A stretch of 64,000 nucleotides of DNA, taken from the NCBI RefSeq assembly GCF_009914755.1, contig NC_060930.1, one strand, 5' to 3'. Made by a program: the position numbers and the translations under genes. Below the pieces are notes generated by a model that was not told the origin of the DNA, ran no database searches, and saw only the letters and a list, made by a program, of their open reading frames with translations. This DNA is from the human T2T-CHM13v2.0 reference genome, Homo sapiens. Every line of letters starts with the position of its first letter. The stretch's first letter is position 1. This document shows, in pieces, positions 1 to 20,000 of the stretch.

Positions 1-3000
1 GGGAGTAATATCATCCTCTTTCTGCCTTAATATTAAGAACAATATCACAGAAGGATTTACACCTCCTGAGATATTGGGAGTAATATCATTTCAACTAAAA
101 TAAAAACAATATCAGAGGGTGAGTGTATACTCCCTGCAATATTGAGATTAATATCATCTTCTCTTCCCCGGGATATTAGGAACAGTATCAAAGGGGAAGT
201 GTACAATCTCTGGGGTATTGGAAGTAATATCATCCTCTCCTCTCCCTCAATATATATTATGAACAATATCCAAAAAAGGGTGTACACACCCTGCGATAAT
301 GGGAGTAATATCCTCCTCAACCCCTGGATATTAAGAAAAATATCACTAGGAAGGTGTAAACCTTCTGTGATATTGAAAGTAATATAATCCTTTTCCATCA
401 TTTATATTAGAAACAATATCACGGGGGGGGGTGTAAACTCCCTGTGATACTTTAAGTAATATCCTCTCTCATACTGTATATTAGAAACAATATCACAGGA
501 GTTGTGTACACCCTGTGTGATATTGCAAGTAATATCATTATCTTCCAACCTGGATATTAGAAACAATATCACAGGAGGATGTACACGCCCTGTGATATTA
601 AGAGTCATATCATCCTCTCCTCTCCCAAATATTAGAAACAGTATCACAGGGAAAGTGTACACCCCCTGCAATATTGGTAGTAACATTATTTTCTCTCCCC
701 CTGGAACAATATCACAGGGTGGTGTACACCTTCTGTGATATTGACAGTAATATTATCATCTCCCTTCCTGGATTTTAGGAACAATATCACAAGAAGGGTG
801 TACACCCTTTGAGATATTTAGAATAATATTATCCTCTTCCCCTCTGGATATTACGAACAATATTACAAGAGGTTGTACACCCCCTGCGATATTGGGAGTA
901 ATGTCATCTCCCCACCTGGATATTAGGAAAAATGTCACAGAGGAGGTGTGTACCCAAACTGCAACATTGGGAGTAATATCATTCTGCCCCCCCCAGATAT
1001 TAAAAACAATATAACAAGGGTGTGTACACTGTTCACGATATTGGCAGTAATAACACCTTTTCTCCCCATGGGTATTAGGAGCAATAACACAGGGGCTGTG
1101 TACAGTTTCTGTGATAATGGGAGTAATGTCATTCTCTCCCATCCTGGATATTAGAAATAATATCAAAAATTGGTTGTACACTCCCTGTGATACAGAATGT
1201 AGTATCATCTTTTTTCCCCTGAATATTATGAACAATATCACAGGGTGAGGTGTACAACCCCTGCGATAGGAAGTAATACCATCCTTTTTCTCCCTGGGTA
1301 TTAAAAATATATTACAAGGGGGGTGTACACCCTCTGCGATATTGGGAGTGACATCATTTATCTCCCCCTGGATATTAGGAACAATATCGCAGGGGGGTAA
1401 TAGACCCCCTTAGATATTGGGAGTGATATCATCCTCCCTCGCCCTTATATTAGGAAGAATATAACGGGGGTGTGTTCATCCCTGGATAATAGGAAAAGTA
1501 TTAAAGGAAGGGTCTACATCCCCTGGGATATTGGAAGTAATATCAAAGGAGGGGGTGCACACCCCTTTGGATGTTGCAAATAATATCATCTTTTCTCCAC
1601 CTAATTATTAGGAACAATATCAAAGGGAGGGTGTACACAGCTTCGATATTTGGAGTAATATTACCCTCTTCCCCCCTGTATATTAGGAACAGTATCACAC
1701 AGTGAGTGTACACCTCTTGCAATATTAAGAGTAATATCATCCTCTACCCCCCTGGATATTAGGAAACATATCACTGAGAAGATGAACAACACCTGCAATA
1801 TTGAAAGTAATATAATCCTCTTTCTCCATATTAGAAATAATATAATAAGAGTGGTGTAAACTTCCTGTTATATTGGGAGTAATATCATTTTCTCCCCCCC
1901 CCCCCTTATATTAGAAACAATATCACAGGGCTGTATACAACCCATGCCATATTGGAAGTAATGTCATCCTCTCCCAACCTGGATATTTAAAACAGTATCA
2001 CAGGAGGATGTACAAGTCCTGTGATATTAAGAGTAATATCCTCTCCCCTCTTGGATATTAGAAACAATATTACAGAGGGAGTGTACACCCCCTGCGACAT
2101 TGAGAGTAATATAATTTTCTCTTCCCCTAGGTATTAGAAACAATATCATGGGGGGCGTGTACACCTCCTGCGATATTGGAAGTAATATTATCTTCTCCCC
2201 CTAGGATATTAGTAACAATATCACAGGGGATGTATACCCCCTGTGAAATTGAAAGTAATATCATCCTCTCCTTCACTGAAATTAAGAACAATATCACAGG
2301 AGGTGTGTAAACCCCCTGTGATATTGGGAGTAATATTATCTTCTCTCCCCCTAGATATTAGGGACAATATTACAAAAGGGGTGTGTACACTCCCTGGGAT
2401 ATTGGGAGTAATATTATCATCTCCCCTTCTCATATAAAGAGCAATATCCCTGGCAAGTTTTACACCTGCTGCATTATTGGGAGTAATATCATCCTCTCCC
2501 ACTTGGATATTAGAAACAATATCACGGGAGGGGATGTACACCCTCTGAGATATTGAGAATAATGTTATTCTCTCCCTCTTCAATATTAGGAAAAATATCA
2601 AGGGGGGGGTTTATATCCTCTGCGATATTGGGAGTAATATTATCCTCTCCCCTCCTGGATATTTGTAACAATATCACAGGTGGGGTGTACACCCTCTACA
2701 ATATTTGGAGTAATATTATCCTACTCCCCCTTGGATATTAGGAACAATATCAAAGGGTTGGTGTACATCCCCTGAGATGTTGAGAGTAATATTATCCTCT
2801 CCTTCCCTGGATTTTAGAAACAATATCATAATGGGAGTTGTACACTCCCTGTGATATTGGGAGTAATATCATTCTGTCACCTACTTTATATTAGGAACAT
2901 ATCACAAAGTAGCTTACACTACCTCTGATATTGAGAGTAACATTATCCTCTCTTCCACTGGATATTAAAAGCAATCTCACAGGGAGTGTGTACACCCCCT

Positions 3001-3411
3001 GCAATATTGGGAGTGTTTTCGTCCTTTTCCCCCCTGGATATTAGGAATAATATCAAATGGCTGGTGTAGAACTCTTCCAATATTGAGTGTAATATCATCC
3101 TCTCTTTTTCTAGATATTAGGAACAATATCACAGAGGGTGTGTACACACCTTGTGATATTGGGAGTAAAATCATCCTCTCCCTGGATATTAAGAACAAAC
3201 TCACAGCAGTGGAGATCACTTCCTGTGATATTATGGGTAACATTCTTTTCCTTCCTGGATATTAGAAACAATATCACAAAGGGGGTGTTCAAACCCTGCA
3301 GTATTGGGAGTAATATCAGTTGCTTAATTTTTAAATATTAGAAACAATATCACTGGGGGGTGTACACCCTCTGCAATATTGAATGTAGTATTATTTTCTC
3401 CCAAATTAAAT
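1..3411 (+). repeat. SATR1/SATR2-type ~75-bp palindromic satellite, type-A units; runs off the left edge of the window
   Basis: Tandem diverged units of the form ggatattaggaacaatatcacaggggg-tgtaca-ccccctgcgatattgggagtaatatcatcctctccccc. Family name from recall. Confidence 0.85.
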
Positions 3412-5627
<2,216 letters not shown>

Positions 5628-7528
5628 TTAAATTGCGGGTGGCATACATCCCCTTGGGATATGATTTGTAATATCCCGGGAAAAAGATGGTGATACTACT
5701 CTCCATATTGTGGGGTAAGTTACATCCCCTTGTGATATAATTCATAATATCTTGGGAAAAAGATGGTGATATTACTCCTCACTTCACTGGGGAGGTTACA
5801 TCCCCCTGTGATATAATTCATAATATCCAGTGGGGGAGAGGTTTATATTACTCCCCATATTGCAAGAAAGTTACACCTCTCTGTGATATTGTTCATAATA
5901 TCAAGGCAGGGAGAGAATGATACCACTTTCAATATTGCAGGGAGTGTACACGCCAATGTGATATTGTTTCTAATATGGGGGGGAGGATATTACTCCCAAT
6001 ATTGCAGAGAGTGTACACCCCCACTGTGATATTGTTTTTAATATCCAGGGAGAGAAAGGAAGATATTACTTTCAATATCGCAGGGGGTGTACACCCTTCC
6101 TAGGGATTTTGTTCCCAATATCCAAGCAGGAGAGGATATTACTCCCAATGTTGTAGAGAATGTACACCCTCCTGTGATATTGTTTGTAATTTATATTGGG
6201 GGAGAAGATGATATTACTCCCAATGTCGCAAAGGGTGTACTCCACCCTGTGATATTGTTCATAATATCCAGGAGTTGGAGGACATTATTACTCCAAATAT
6301 TGCAAGGGTTGTACACTCCCCTGTTATATTGTTTGTAATATCCAGGGAGAAAGAGGTTGATATTACTCCTAATATCACAGATGGTGTACCCCCCATGTGA
6401 TATTTTTTATAATACCCAGGGGGGTAGAGGATGTTATTACTCCCAACATCGCAGGGGGTGTAACCTTCCTGTGATATTGTTCATAATATCCAGAAGTGGA
6501 GAGGATATTACTCCCAATATCACAGGGGGTTTAAAATCTCCTGCGATATTGTTCCTAATATTCAGAGGGGGAGAGGATTATATTTTGAACAGTATCACAG
6601 GGGTTTTACACCCCTCTGTGATACTGTTTGTAATATTCAGGAAAAAGAGGATGATATTCCTCCCAATATCGCAGAAGTTGTACATCCCCCTGTGACATTG
6701 TTCTTAATACCTAGAGGGGAAAAAGATGCTATTACTTCAAGTACTGCAGGAAGTGTACACCTGCCTGTGATATTATTTGTAATATTAAGGAGGGGAGAGG
6801 ATGATATTACTTGCAATATCACAGAGTGTACACTAGCTGTGATAATGTTCCTAATATCCAGAGGTGGGGAGGATGATATGACAACCCAAATCGCAGGGAG
6901 TGTACACTCACCTGTGATATTATATGTAACATCAAAAAGAGGAGAGGATGATATTACTCTCAATATCAATATCAAAGGGGGAATGCATCCCCATGTACTA
7001 TTTTTCATGATTTCCAGAAGGGGAGAGGATGATATAACTCTTAATATCGCAGAGGGTGTACACCACCCTTTGATATTGTTCATAATATTTAGGGGGTGAG
7101 AGGATGACATTACTCAATATCACAGAGGGTGAACACCCCTCCATATTGTTTGTAATATTTAGGTGGGGAGAGGATGATATCATTCCCAATATTGAAGGGG
7201 CTGCACACCCCTCTGTGATATTGTTTGTAATATCCAGGGTGGGAGAAGATAATATTACTTTGCAATATCTCAGGGGGTGTACAACCCAGTGTGATATTGT
7301 TCGTAATATCCTGGGAAAATATCAAAGGCCCTATGCATGCCACTGTAATATTGTTTGTAATATCCAAAAAGAAAAAGGATGATATAACTCCTAATATCCC
7401 AGGGAGTGTACACCCCCATATGATGTTGTTTGTAATATACAGGGAGGAGAAAATGATATTACTTTCAATATCACAAGGGTTGTACAGCCTGCCGTAATAT
7501 TGTTTGAAATATCCAAAAGAGGAGAGGT
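5628..7528 (-). repeat. Inverted block of the ~75-bp satellite (mostly type B, type-C-like units at the 5628 end)
   Basis: Units read gatattgtttgtaatatcc...gagaggatgatattactcccaatatc, the reverse complement of the flanking array. Orientation switches back at ~7528 (ggagagg|ttacccctctgtgatattggg). Confidence 0.92.
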
Positions 7529-8048
7529 TACCCCTCTGTGATATTGGGTGTAGTAACATCCTCTTCCCCATTGGATATTAGGAAAAATATGAAAGGGGGG
7601 GTGTACGCATCCTGCAATATTGGGAGAAATATTGTCCTCTTTTTTGTTAGATATGAGAAACAATAGCACAGTGGGTTTGTACACCCCCTTCGATATTGGG
7701 AGTAAGATTATCCTCTTCCTTCTTGGATATTAGGAACAGTATCACGGATAAGGGGAGTAAGCCCTCTGCATTATTGAGAGTAATGTCATCCTCTCCCCTT
7801 CTGGATATTAGGAACAATATCAACGGAGAAACATACACTCCCTGTGATATTGGGAGTAATATCATCCTATTGCCCTGTTGATATTAGCAACAATATCACA
7901 GAAAGATTGTACACCCTTTGTGATATTGAGAGTAATATTATCGTCTTCTCCCTGGGTATTAGCATCAATATTACAAAAAGGTGTACACCGCCTGCGATAC
8001 TAGGAGTAATATCATCCTCTCCCTCCTCCCCCAGATATTAGAAACAAT

Positions 8049-8049
<1 letters not shown>
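7529..8049 (+). repeat. ~75-bp satellite, type A
   Basis: Same unit, forward orientation. Confidence 0.88.
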
Positions 8050-10951
<2,902 letters not shown>

Positions 10952-12947
10952 AGAAATATATTACGGGGTGGTGTACAACCCCTGCAATATTGAAAGTAAT
11001 ATCCTCCTCTTACCCCCTGAATATTATAAACAATATCACAGGGAATGTGTACACCCCCTGCGATATTGGGAATAAAACCATTTTCCACCTGGTTGAATGT
11101 TAGAAGCAGTATCATACGGGAGGTTAACACCTCATGCGATTTGGGAGTAATATCATCCTTTACCTCTCTGGATAGTGAAAACAACATCACCAAAAGGGTG
11201 TGCACACCCTGTGATATTGGGTCCCCAACTGAATATTAAAAACCATATCACAGGCGGGTGTATGCCCCCTGCGATATTGAAAGTAATATCATTTTTCCCC
11301 CTTTTGATATTAAGAACAATAACACAGGGGGGCTCTATACACCCTGCAATATTGGGAATAATATTCTGTCCTCCCCCACTGGATATTAAGAACAATAGCA
11401 CAGGGGAGTTGTAAACCCGCTGCGATATTGGGAGTAATGTCATCCTTTTATCCCCTTAATATTAGGAACAATATCACAGGGGGTGTGTACGTCTCCTGCA
11501 ATAGTGGGAGTAATATCCTCTCCCTTTCTGGATATTAGGAACAATATCACTGAAAAGGTGTACACTCCCTGTATTATATGGAGTAATATCATCCTTTCCC
11601 TTCCTGGATATTAGGAACAAAATCACAAAAGGGATGTACACTCTTGGCGATATTCAAAGTGATATAATCTTCTACCCCCCTGGATATTATGAACATTTCC
11701 AGGTGGGTGTACACTTTCTGCGATATTGAGAGTAATAACATCCTCTCACCGCTGGATATTACAAACAGTATCACAGGGTGGGTGTACACCCCTGCAATAT
11801 TGGAAGTAATAACATCCTCTCTCTACCTTTATATTAGGAACAATATCACAGGGGCGTGTACACCCCTGCCATATTGGGAGTAATGCCATTTTCTTCCCCC
11901 TTGGAAAATAAGAACAATATAACAGGGGTGGTGTACATCCCCTGCGATATTGGGAGTAATATCATCCTTTCCCTCTTTAGATATGAGGAGCAATATCACA
12001 GTGGGTTGTACACATCCTGCGACATTGAGAGTAATTTCATATTCTTTCCCTCTGGATATTAGGAACAATATCGCAGAGGGGGTTTACACCCCATGTGATA
12101 TTTGAAGTAGTATCATTTTCTTTCCCTCTGGATATTAAAAACAATATCAAGGGTAGATGTATACCCCCTGCGATATTGGGAATAATATCACCCTCTTTCT
12201 CCAGGAATATTAAAAACAATAACACAAGAGTTGTACATCTCTTGCGATATTTTGAGTAATATCATCCTCTCGCTCCCTGGATATTAGGATCAATATCACC
12301 GGGGGGGGGGGATGTATACCCTTTGCGATATTGAGAGCAATATCATCCTCTCCCTGCCTTAATATTAGGAACAATATCCAAAGGGGGTGTACACACCCTG
12401 CAATTCTAGGAGTAATAGTATTCTTTCCCCCCTTAAATATTAGGAACAATATCATAAGGGGGGTGTACACCCCCTGTGATATTTGGAGTAATATCCAACT
12501 CTTTTCCCCTGTATATTAGGAACCATTTCACAGGGGGTGTGTTCACCCCCTGCGATATTTGGAACAATATCAACCTCTTCCCCTCTGGATATTAGGAATA
12601 ATATCACAGGGGTGGATACACTTCCTGTGATATTAAGTGTAATATCATCCTCTCCCTGCCTGGATGTTAGAAACAATATCACAGGGCGAATATAAACCCA
12701 ATGCGATATTGCAAATAACATCATCCTCTCCTTCGCTTTATATTTGGAACAATATCACGGGGGGGTGTACGCCCCATGTGATATTGGAAGTAATATCCTC
12801 TTCCCCTTTGTATATTAAAAGCAATATCAGAGGGAGGGTGTACATTCCCTGTGATATTTGGCATAATATTATTTTCTCTCTCCTTGGATATTAGGAACAA
12901 TATCACAGGGAAGGATTACACCCCATGAGATATTGAAAGTAATAAGG

Positions 12948-13247
<300 letters not shown>

Positions 13248-16200
13248 TTATCCTCTACCCCCTGGATATTAGAAACAATATCACAGGGAGGGTGTACATC
13301 TTCTGCGATATTGGGAGTAATATCATTTTCTCCCCTGCTAGATATTAGAAACAATATCACGGGGGGGGTTACATCCCCTGCGTTATTGAAAATATTATCC
13401 TCCCCCCTGGGTATTAGAAACAATATCATGGGGGCGGTGTACACCCCCTGCAATACTGGGAGTAATATCACCCTCTCCCTGACTGGATATTAGAAGCAAT
13501 GTCACGGATGGGTGTACACCCCCTGCTATATTGAAAGTAATATCATCCTGTCCCTTCCTTCATATTGGGAACAATATTACAGGGGGGTGTACACTCTCTG
13601 CGATGATGAGAGTAATATCATCCTCTCCCCCCCCCCGGATATTAAGAACAATATCACAGGGTGGTGTACACCAACTGCGATATTGGTTGTAATATATTCC
13701 TCTCCTCCCCTGCATATTAGGGACAATATCAAAGAGGGGGTGTACATTCCCTGTGATATTGGGAATAATATCATCCTTTCCCTCCCCTAGATATTAGAAA
13801 CAATATCACAGGGGGGTGTACACCCCCTGAGATATTGGGAGTAATATTATTTTCTCCCCCCCTAGATATTAGGAACAATATCACAGGGTGGGTGTACACA
13901 CCCTGTGATATTAAGAATAATATCATCCTCTCCCCTCCTGGGTATTAGAAACAATATCACAGGAGTGTGTACATCCCCTGCGATATTGGGCTAATATCTT
14001 CCTCTCTTCTCTTGGATATTAGGAACAATATCACAGGGAAAGTTTACACCGCCTGCGATATTGTGAGTAATTTATCTCTCACCCCTTGGATATTAGGAAC
14101 AATTTCACTTGGGGTGATGTACAGTCCTGCAATATTTGGAGTATATCACCCTCTACCTCCCTGGATATTAAAAACAATATCACAGGGAAGGTGTACACGT
14201 TCTCTGATTTTGACAGTAACATTATCCTCTTTCCCCCTGGATATTAGTAACAATATCACAGGATGGGTGTACACCTCTTGGATATTGGGAGCATTATAAT
14301 TTTCTCAGTTCCTTGAATATTACGAACAATATCATAGGATGGGGTACACCTTCTGTGATATTGGGAGTAATGTAGTCCTCTCTTCCCTAAATGTTATGAA
14401 CAATATAACAAGGGGCTTTTCACCCCCTGCGATATTGGGAGTAATATCATCTTCTTCCCTTCTGCATACTACTAACAATATCACAGGAAGGTATGGACCT
14501 TCTGCGATATTGGCAGTAATATCATCCTCTTTCCTTCTGATTATTATAAACAACACCAGAGGGGGGTAAAAACCCCCTTCGATATTTGGAGTAATATCAT
14601 CCTCTCCCTCACTAGATATTACAAACAATATCACAAAGACGTGTACACCTGCTGCAATATAGGGAGTAATATCACCCTCTTTCTTTCTGGATATTATGAA
14701 CAATATCACAGGGTGGTGAAAATTTTCTGTGACATTGGGAGTAATATCATCCTCTCTTCCCCTGGATATTACAAACAATATCACAGGGCTGCTTACACCT
14801 CCTGCGATATTGAGAGTTATATTATCCTCTCTGCCTCAGATATTACAAACCATATCAGAGGGGGTTTACACCCCCTATGATATTGGGAGTAATATTATCC
14901 TCTCCCCCTTTGCATGTTACAAACCATATCACAGGGGGCTGTACAACCTCTGCGATAAGGGGACCTATACACCTTCCCCCCGCCCTGATATTATGAACCA
15001 TATCAAAGGGGGGTATACATCCCCTGCGACATAGGAAGCAATATAACCCTGTCCCCATTTGCATGTTATGAACCATATTACAGGGGGCTGTACCCCCTTC
15101 CCGTTATAGGAGCAATATCACTCTCTCCCCCCTAGTATTACAAACCATATCAGAGGGGGGTGTTCACCCCTAGCCATATGGGGAGCAATATCACCCTCCC
15201 ACCTATGGATATTACAAACCATATCACAGGGGGGTGTACTCCCCTGTGATATGGGGAACAATATCGCCCTCACCGTCCCCCCCAGATATTACAAACCATA
15301 TCACAGCAGGTTGTACACCCCCTGCGATATGGAAAGCAATATTACCTCCTTGTTCCCTGGATACTACAAACCATATTACAAGGGGGTGTACACCCCACGT
15401 TTTACGAGGAGCAATATAACCCTCTCTCTCCGTGGATACTAAAAACCATATCACTGTCTCCCCCTTGGATATGAGGAACCATATCACAGACGGGTGTATG
15501 CCCCCCCACGATATGGGAAGCAATATTACCTTCTCACTCCTGGATATTAAGGAACATATTAAAGGGGGGGTGTACACCCGCCACTATATAGGGAGCAATA
15601 TCAACCTCTCCCCCCAGGATATTAAGAACTATATCACAGGGGGTGTACACCTCTCGCGGTATGGGGAGCAATATCACCCTCTTTCCTCCTGGATACTACA
15701 AACCATATCACAGGCAGGTGCACACTGCTTGCGAAATGAGGAGCAATATCACTCTTCCCCCACCCCTGGATATTAAAAACCATATTACAAAGGGGTGTAC
15801 ACCCCTTGCGATATGTGAAGCAATATCACTCTTCCCCCCACCCCCGAATATTATGAACCATATGACAGGGGGTTGTACGCACTTTGGGATATGGGGAATA
15901 ATACCACACTCTTCCCACCCCCCCCCGGATATTATGAACCATATTACAGGGGGTTGTACACCCCATGATATGGGGAGCAATGTCACCCTTTCCCCCATGG
16001 ATATTACCAACCATATCACATGGGTGTACACCTCCTGTGGTATGGGGAGCAATATGACCCTCTCGTTTCTTGGATATTACAAACCATATAACAAGAAGGT
16101 GTACACGCCCCTCGATATAAGGAGCAATATCATTCTCTTCCCTACTTGATATTGCGAACCATATTACATGAAGGTGTACACCCCCATCGATATGGGGAGC

Positions 16201-16796
16201 AATATTACCCTCTTCCTCCCTGGATATTATGAACCATATCACAGAAAGGTGTACACCTCCCGCGATATGGAAAGCAATGTCACCCACTCCCCTTCTGGAT
16301 ATTACGAACCATACCACGGGGGTGGGGTGTACTTCCTCCACAATATTGGGAGAAATATAACCCATTCCCTCCTAAATATTACCAACCATAGTGCAGGGGG
16401 TGTACACATAGAATATTTACGATATAAAAGAGTAATATTTTCTCCCCTTCTGGACATTAGAAACGATATCACAGTGGGGATGTACCTGCCTTGGGATATT
16501 GGGAGGGATATAATTATCCCCCCACCTGAATATTAGAAACCATATCAAACGGAGGTTTTACACCTTCGGTGATTTTTGGGAGTAATATCAACCTCTCCTT
16601 CACTGGATATTAGGAAAAACATTACGGGGGCGGGTGGGTGTACACCTTCTGCGATATTGAAAGTAATATCACCCTCTCCCCCCATCCCCCCGCTTATGAG
16701 AAACAATACCACAGGGGAGGTGTACACTCCCTCCGACAATGGGAGTAATATTCTCTTTCTTCCTGAATATTAGGAACAATATCACAGAGGGGTTTT

Positions 16797-17079
16797 ACGC
16801 CTGTAATCCCAGAACTTTGGGAGGCCGAGGTGGGTGGATTGCTTGAAGTCAGGAGTTCAAGACCAGCCTGACCAACATGGGGAAACCCTGTCTCGACTAA
16901 AACTACAAAAATTAGCCGGGTGTAGTGGCAGACGCCTATAATCCCAGTTAGTCCAGAGGCTGAGGCAGGAGAATTCCTTGAACTTGGGAGGCGGAGGTTG
17001 CAGTGAGCCGAGATAGTGCCACTGCACTCCAGCCTGGGCGACATGGCAAGACTCCGTCTCAAAAAAAAAAAAAAAAAAA
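16797..17079 (+). mobile_element. AluS, slightly 5'-truncated, inserted in the satellite
   Basis: acgcctgtaatcccagaactttgggaggccgagg...actccgtctc followed by poly(A). Degenerate TSD atcacag(a/g)g..tac. Confidence 0.95.
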
Positions 17080-20000
17080 TCACAGGGCGGTGTACACACT
17101 CTTCGATAATGCGAGTAATATCATCCTATTTCCCCCTGAATATTAGGAACATCACAGCGAGCGTGTACATCCCCTGTGATATTGGGTGTAGTATCATACT
17201 TTCCCCCCTGGATATTACGAACAATATCACAGGGGTGGTGTACACTTGGGGTGGTGTCCACTTGCTGCGATATTGGGAGTAATATCATCCTCTCCCCCCT
17301 GGATAGTAGGAAAAATATCACAGGGGAGTGTATACCCCTTGCAATATTGGGAGAAACATCATCGTCTCCCCCCCAGGTTATTTGGAACAATATCTGCGAT
17401 ATTGAAAGTAATATAATCCTCTCCTCCCACTGGATATTACAAACATTATCACAAATGGGGTTTACAGTCCCCGCGATATTGGCAGTAATATAATCTCTCC
17501 ACCCCCTCTGGATATTAGGAACAATATCACATGAAGGTGTACACCCCTTGCGACATTGGGAGTAATATCATCCTCTCACCACTGGATATTAGGGAGTAAT
17601 ATTATCTTTTCCCCCCTGATATTAGAAACAATATCATGGGGAGGGTTTACACCCCCTGTGATATTAACAGTAATATCCTCCTCTCCCCCCTCTGGATATT
17701 AAGATCACTATCACAGAGGGGGTGTTCACACCCTGCGATATTGGGAGTAATATCATACACTCATCGCCTGGACTTTAGGAACAATATCACGGGGGTGTGG
17801 GTGTAAATTCCCTTTGATATTGGAAGTAATAACTTCTTATGCCTTCATGGTTATTAGGAACAATATCACAGAAGTGTTTATACTTCCTGTGATATTGGGA
17901 GTAAAGTAATCCTCTCTCCCCATGGATATTAGAAACAATATCACAGAATGAGTGTGCTCCTTCCACGATTTTGGGAGTAATATCATCCACTCCCCCATCC
18001 TGGATATTACAAACAAATTTCCAGGGGGGTGTACACACCCTGCGATATTAGGAGTAATATCATTCTCTCCTCTCCTGGATATTAGTAACAATATCACGGG
18101 AGGCCTGTACAGCCCGTTCGATATTGAAAGGAATATTGTCCTCCTTCCCTGGCATATTAAAAACAATATCACAGGGGAGGTGTAACCCCCCTGCGATATT
18201 GGGAGTAATATCATCCTTCCCCCCGGATATTAGAAACAATATCACAGAAGGGGTGTACACCCCTGCAATATTGGGAATAATATTATCATGTCCCCCACTA
18301 AATATTAAAAATAATATCGCAGGAGGAGTTTACACCTTTTGTGATATTGGGAGTAATATCCTCGTCCCCCCTGGATATTAGGAACAATATCACAGGAGTG
18401 GTGTACAACGTCTGCAATATTAGGAGTGATATCATTCCTTCTTACCCTGGATATTAGGAACAATATCACAGGGGAGGGTGTACACCCCCTGTGACATCAG
18501 GAGTAATATCATCCTCTCCCCACCTGAATATTAGAAAAAGTATCACAAGAAGTGTGTCAACCCCCTGGGATGTCGGGAGTAATATCATCCTCTCACCCCT
18601 AAATATTAGGAACAATATCACAGGGGGAGTGTACTCCTGCAATATTGGGAATAATATCATCCTCTTCCAGCCTGGATATTAGGAACTATATCACAGAGGG
18701 GGTTTACAACACCTGCAATATTGGGAGTAATATAATTTTCCCCCTGGATATTAGGAACAATATCACAGAAGGAATGTACACCCCCCTGTGATAATGGGTG
18801 TAACATCATTATCTCTCCGCCTGGATATTAGGAACAATATCACAGAAGGGGTATACAATGCCTGTGATATTGGGAGTAATATCAAACTCCCCCCGAATAT
18901 TAGGAGCCATATTACAGGTGGGGTGTACACCCCCTGCAATATTGGGAAAAATGTCTTCCTCTCACTTTCTGGATATTAGGAAAAATATCACAAGGGAAGT
19001 GTACACCTCTTGCAATATTGGGAGTAATATCCTCTCCCCTCACCCCGGATATTAGCAAAAATATCACAGGGAAGCTATACACCCCCTGCGATATTGGGAG
19101 TAATATAATCCTCTCCCTCACTCTATATTGTGAACAACATTACAGGGAAAAGTGTACATCCCCTTTGATATTGGGCGTAATGTCATCATCTCCACCCTGG
19201 ATATTAGGAACAATATCCCAAGGGGGTTCTATACCCTCTGCGTTGTTGAAAGTAATATAATCCCTCTTTCCCCTGAATATTAAAAACAATATCACAGAGG
19301 GGGTGAACATTCTCTGTGATATTGGTAGTAATGTCATCATTTTTTGCCCTGGATATGAAGAACAATATCACAGGGAAGGTGTACACCGCCTGCAATATTT
19401 GGAGTCATATCATCCTCTCCTCTTTTTAAATATTAGGAACAATATCACATGGGAGGTGCACACACCCTGAGATATTGGAGATAATGCCATCCTCTCCCCT
19501 CCCTGGATATTATGAACAATATAACAGAGGGATGTACACTTTCTGCGATATTGGGAATAATATAATTCTCTTTCGCTCTGGATATTAGAAGCAATATCAT
19601 GAAGGGTTGCACACCCTCAGTGATATTGGAAGTAATATAATCATCTTCCCCTCTGGATATTAGGAATAATATGACAGGGGGTTGTACACTCCCTGCTATA
19701 TCGGGAGTAATTGTATCCTCTACCCCCCTGAATATTAGGAACAAGATCACAGGGTGGGTGTACACCACCTGCATTATTGAGAGTAATATTATTCTCTCCC
19801 TGTCCCCCCGGATATGGGGAACTATATCACGGGGAGGGGAAGACATCGCCTGTGATATTGGGAGTAATGTCATCCTCTCCCTTTCCTGAATATTGGAAAC
19901 AATATCAAAGGGGGAGTGTCCACCTCCTGTGATATCAAAAGTAATACCACTCTCTTTTTCTCTGGATATTAGGAAAAATATCAGGGGGGGTGTACACCCC

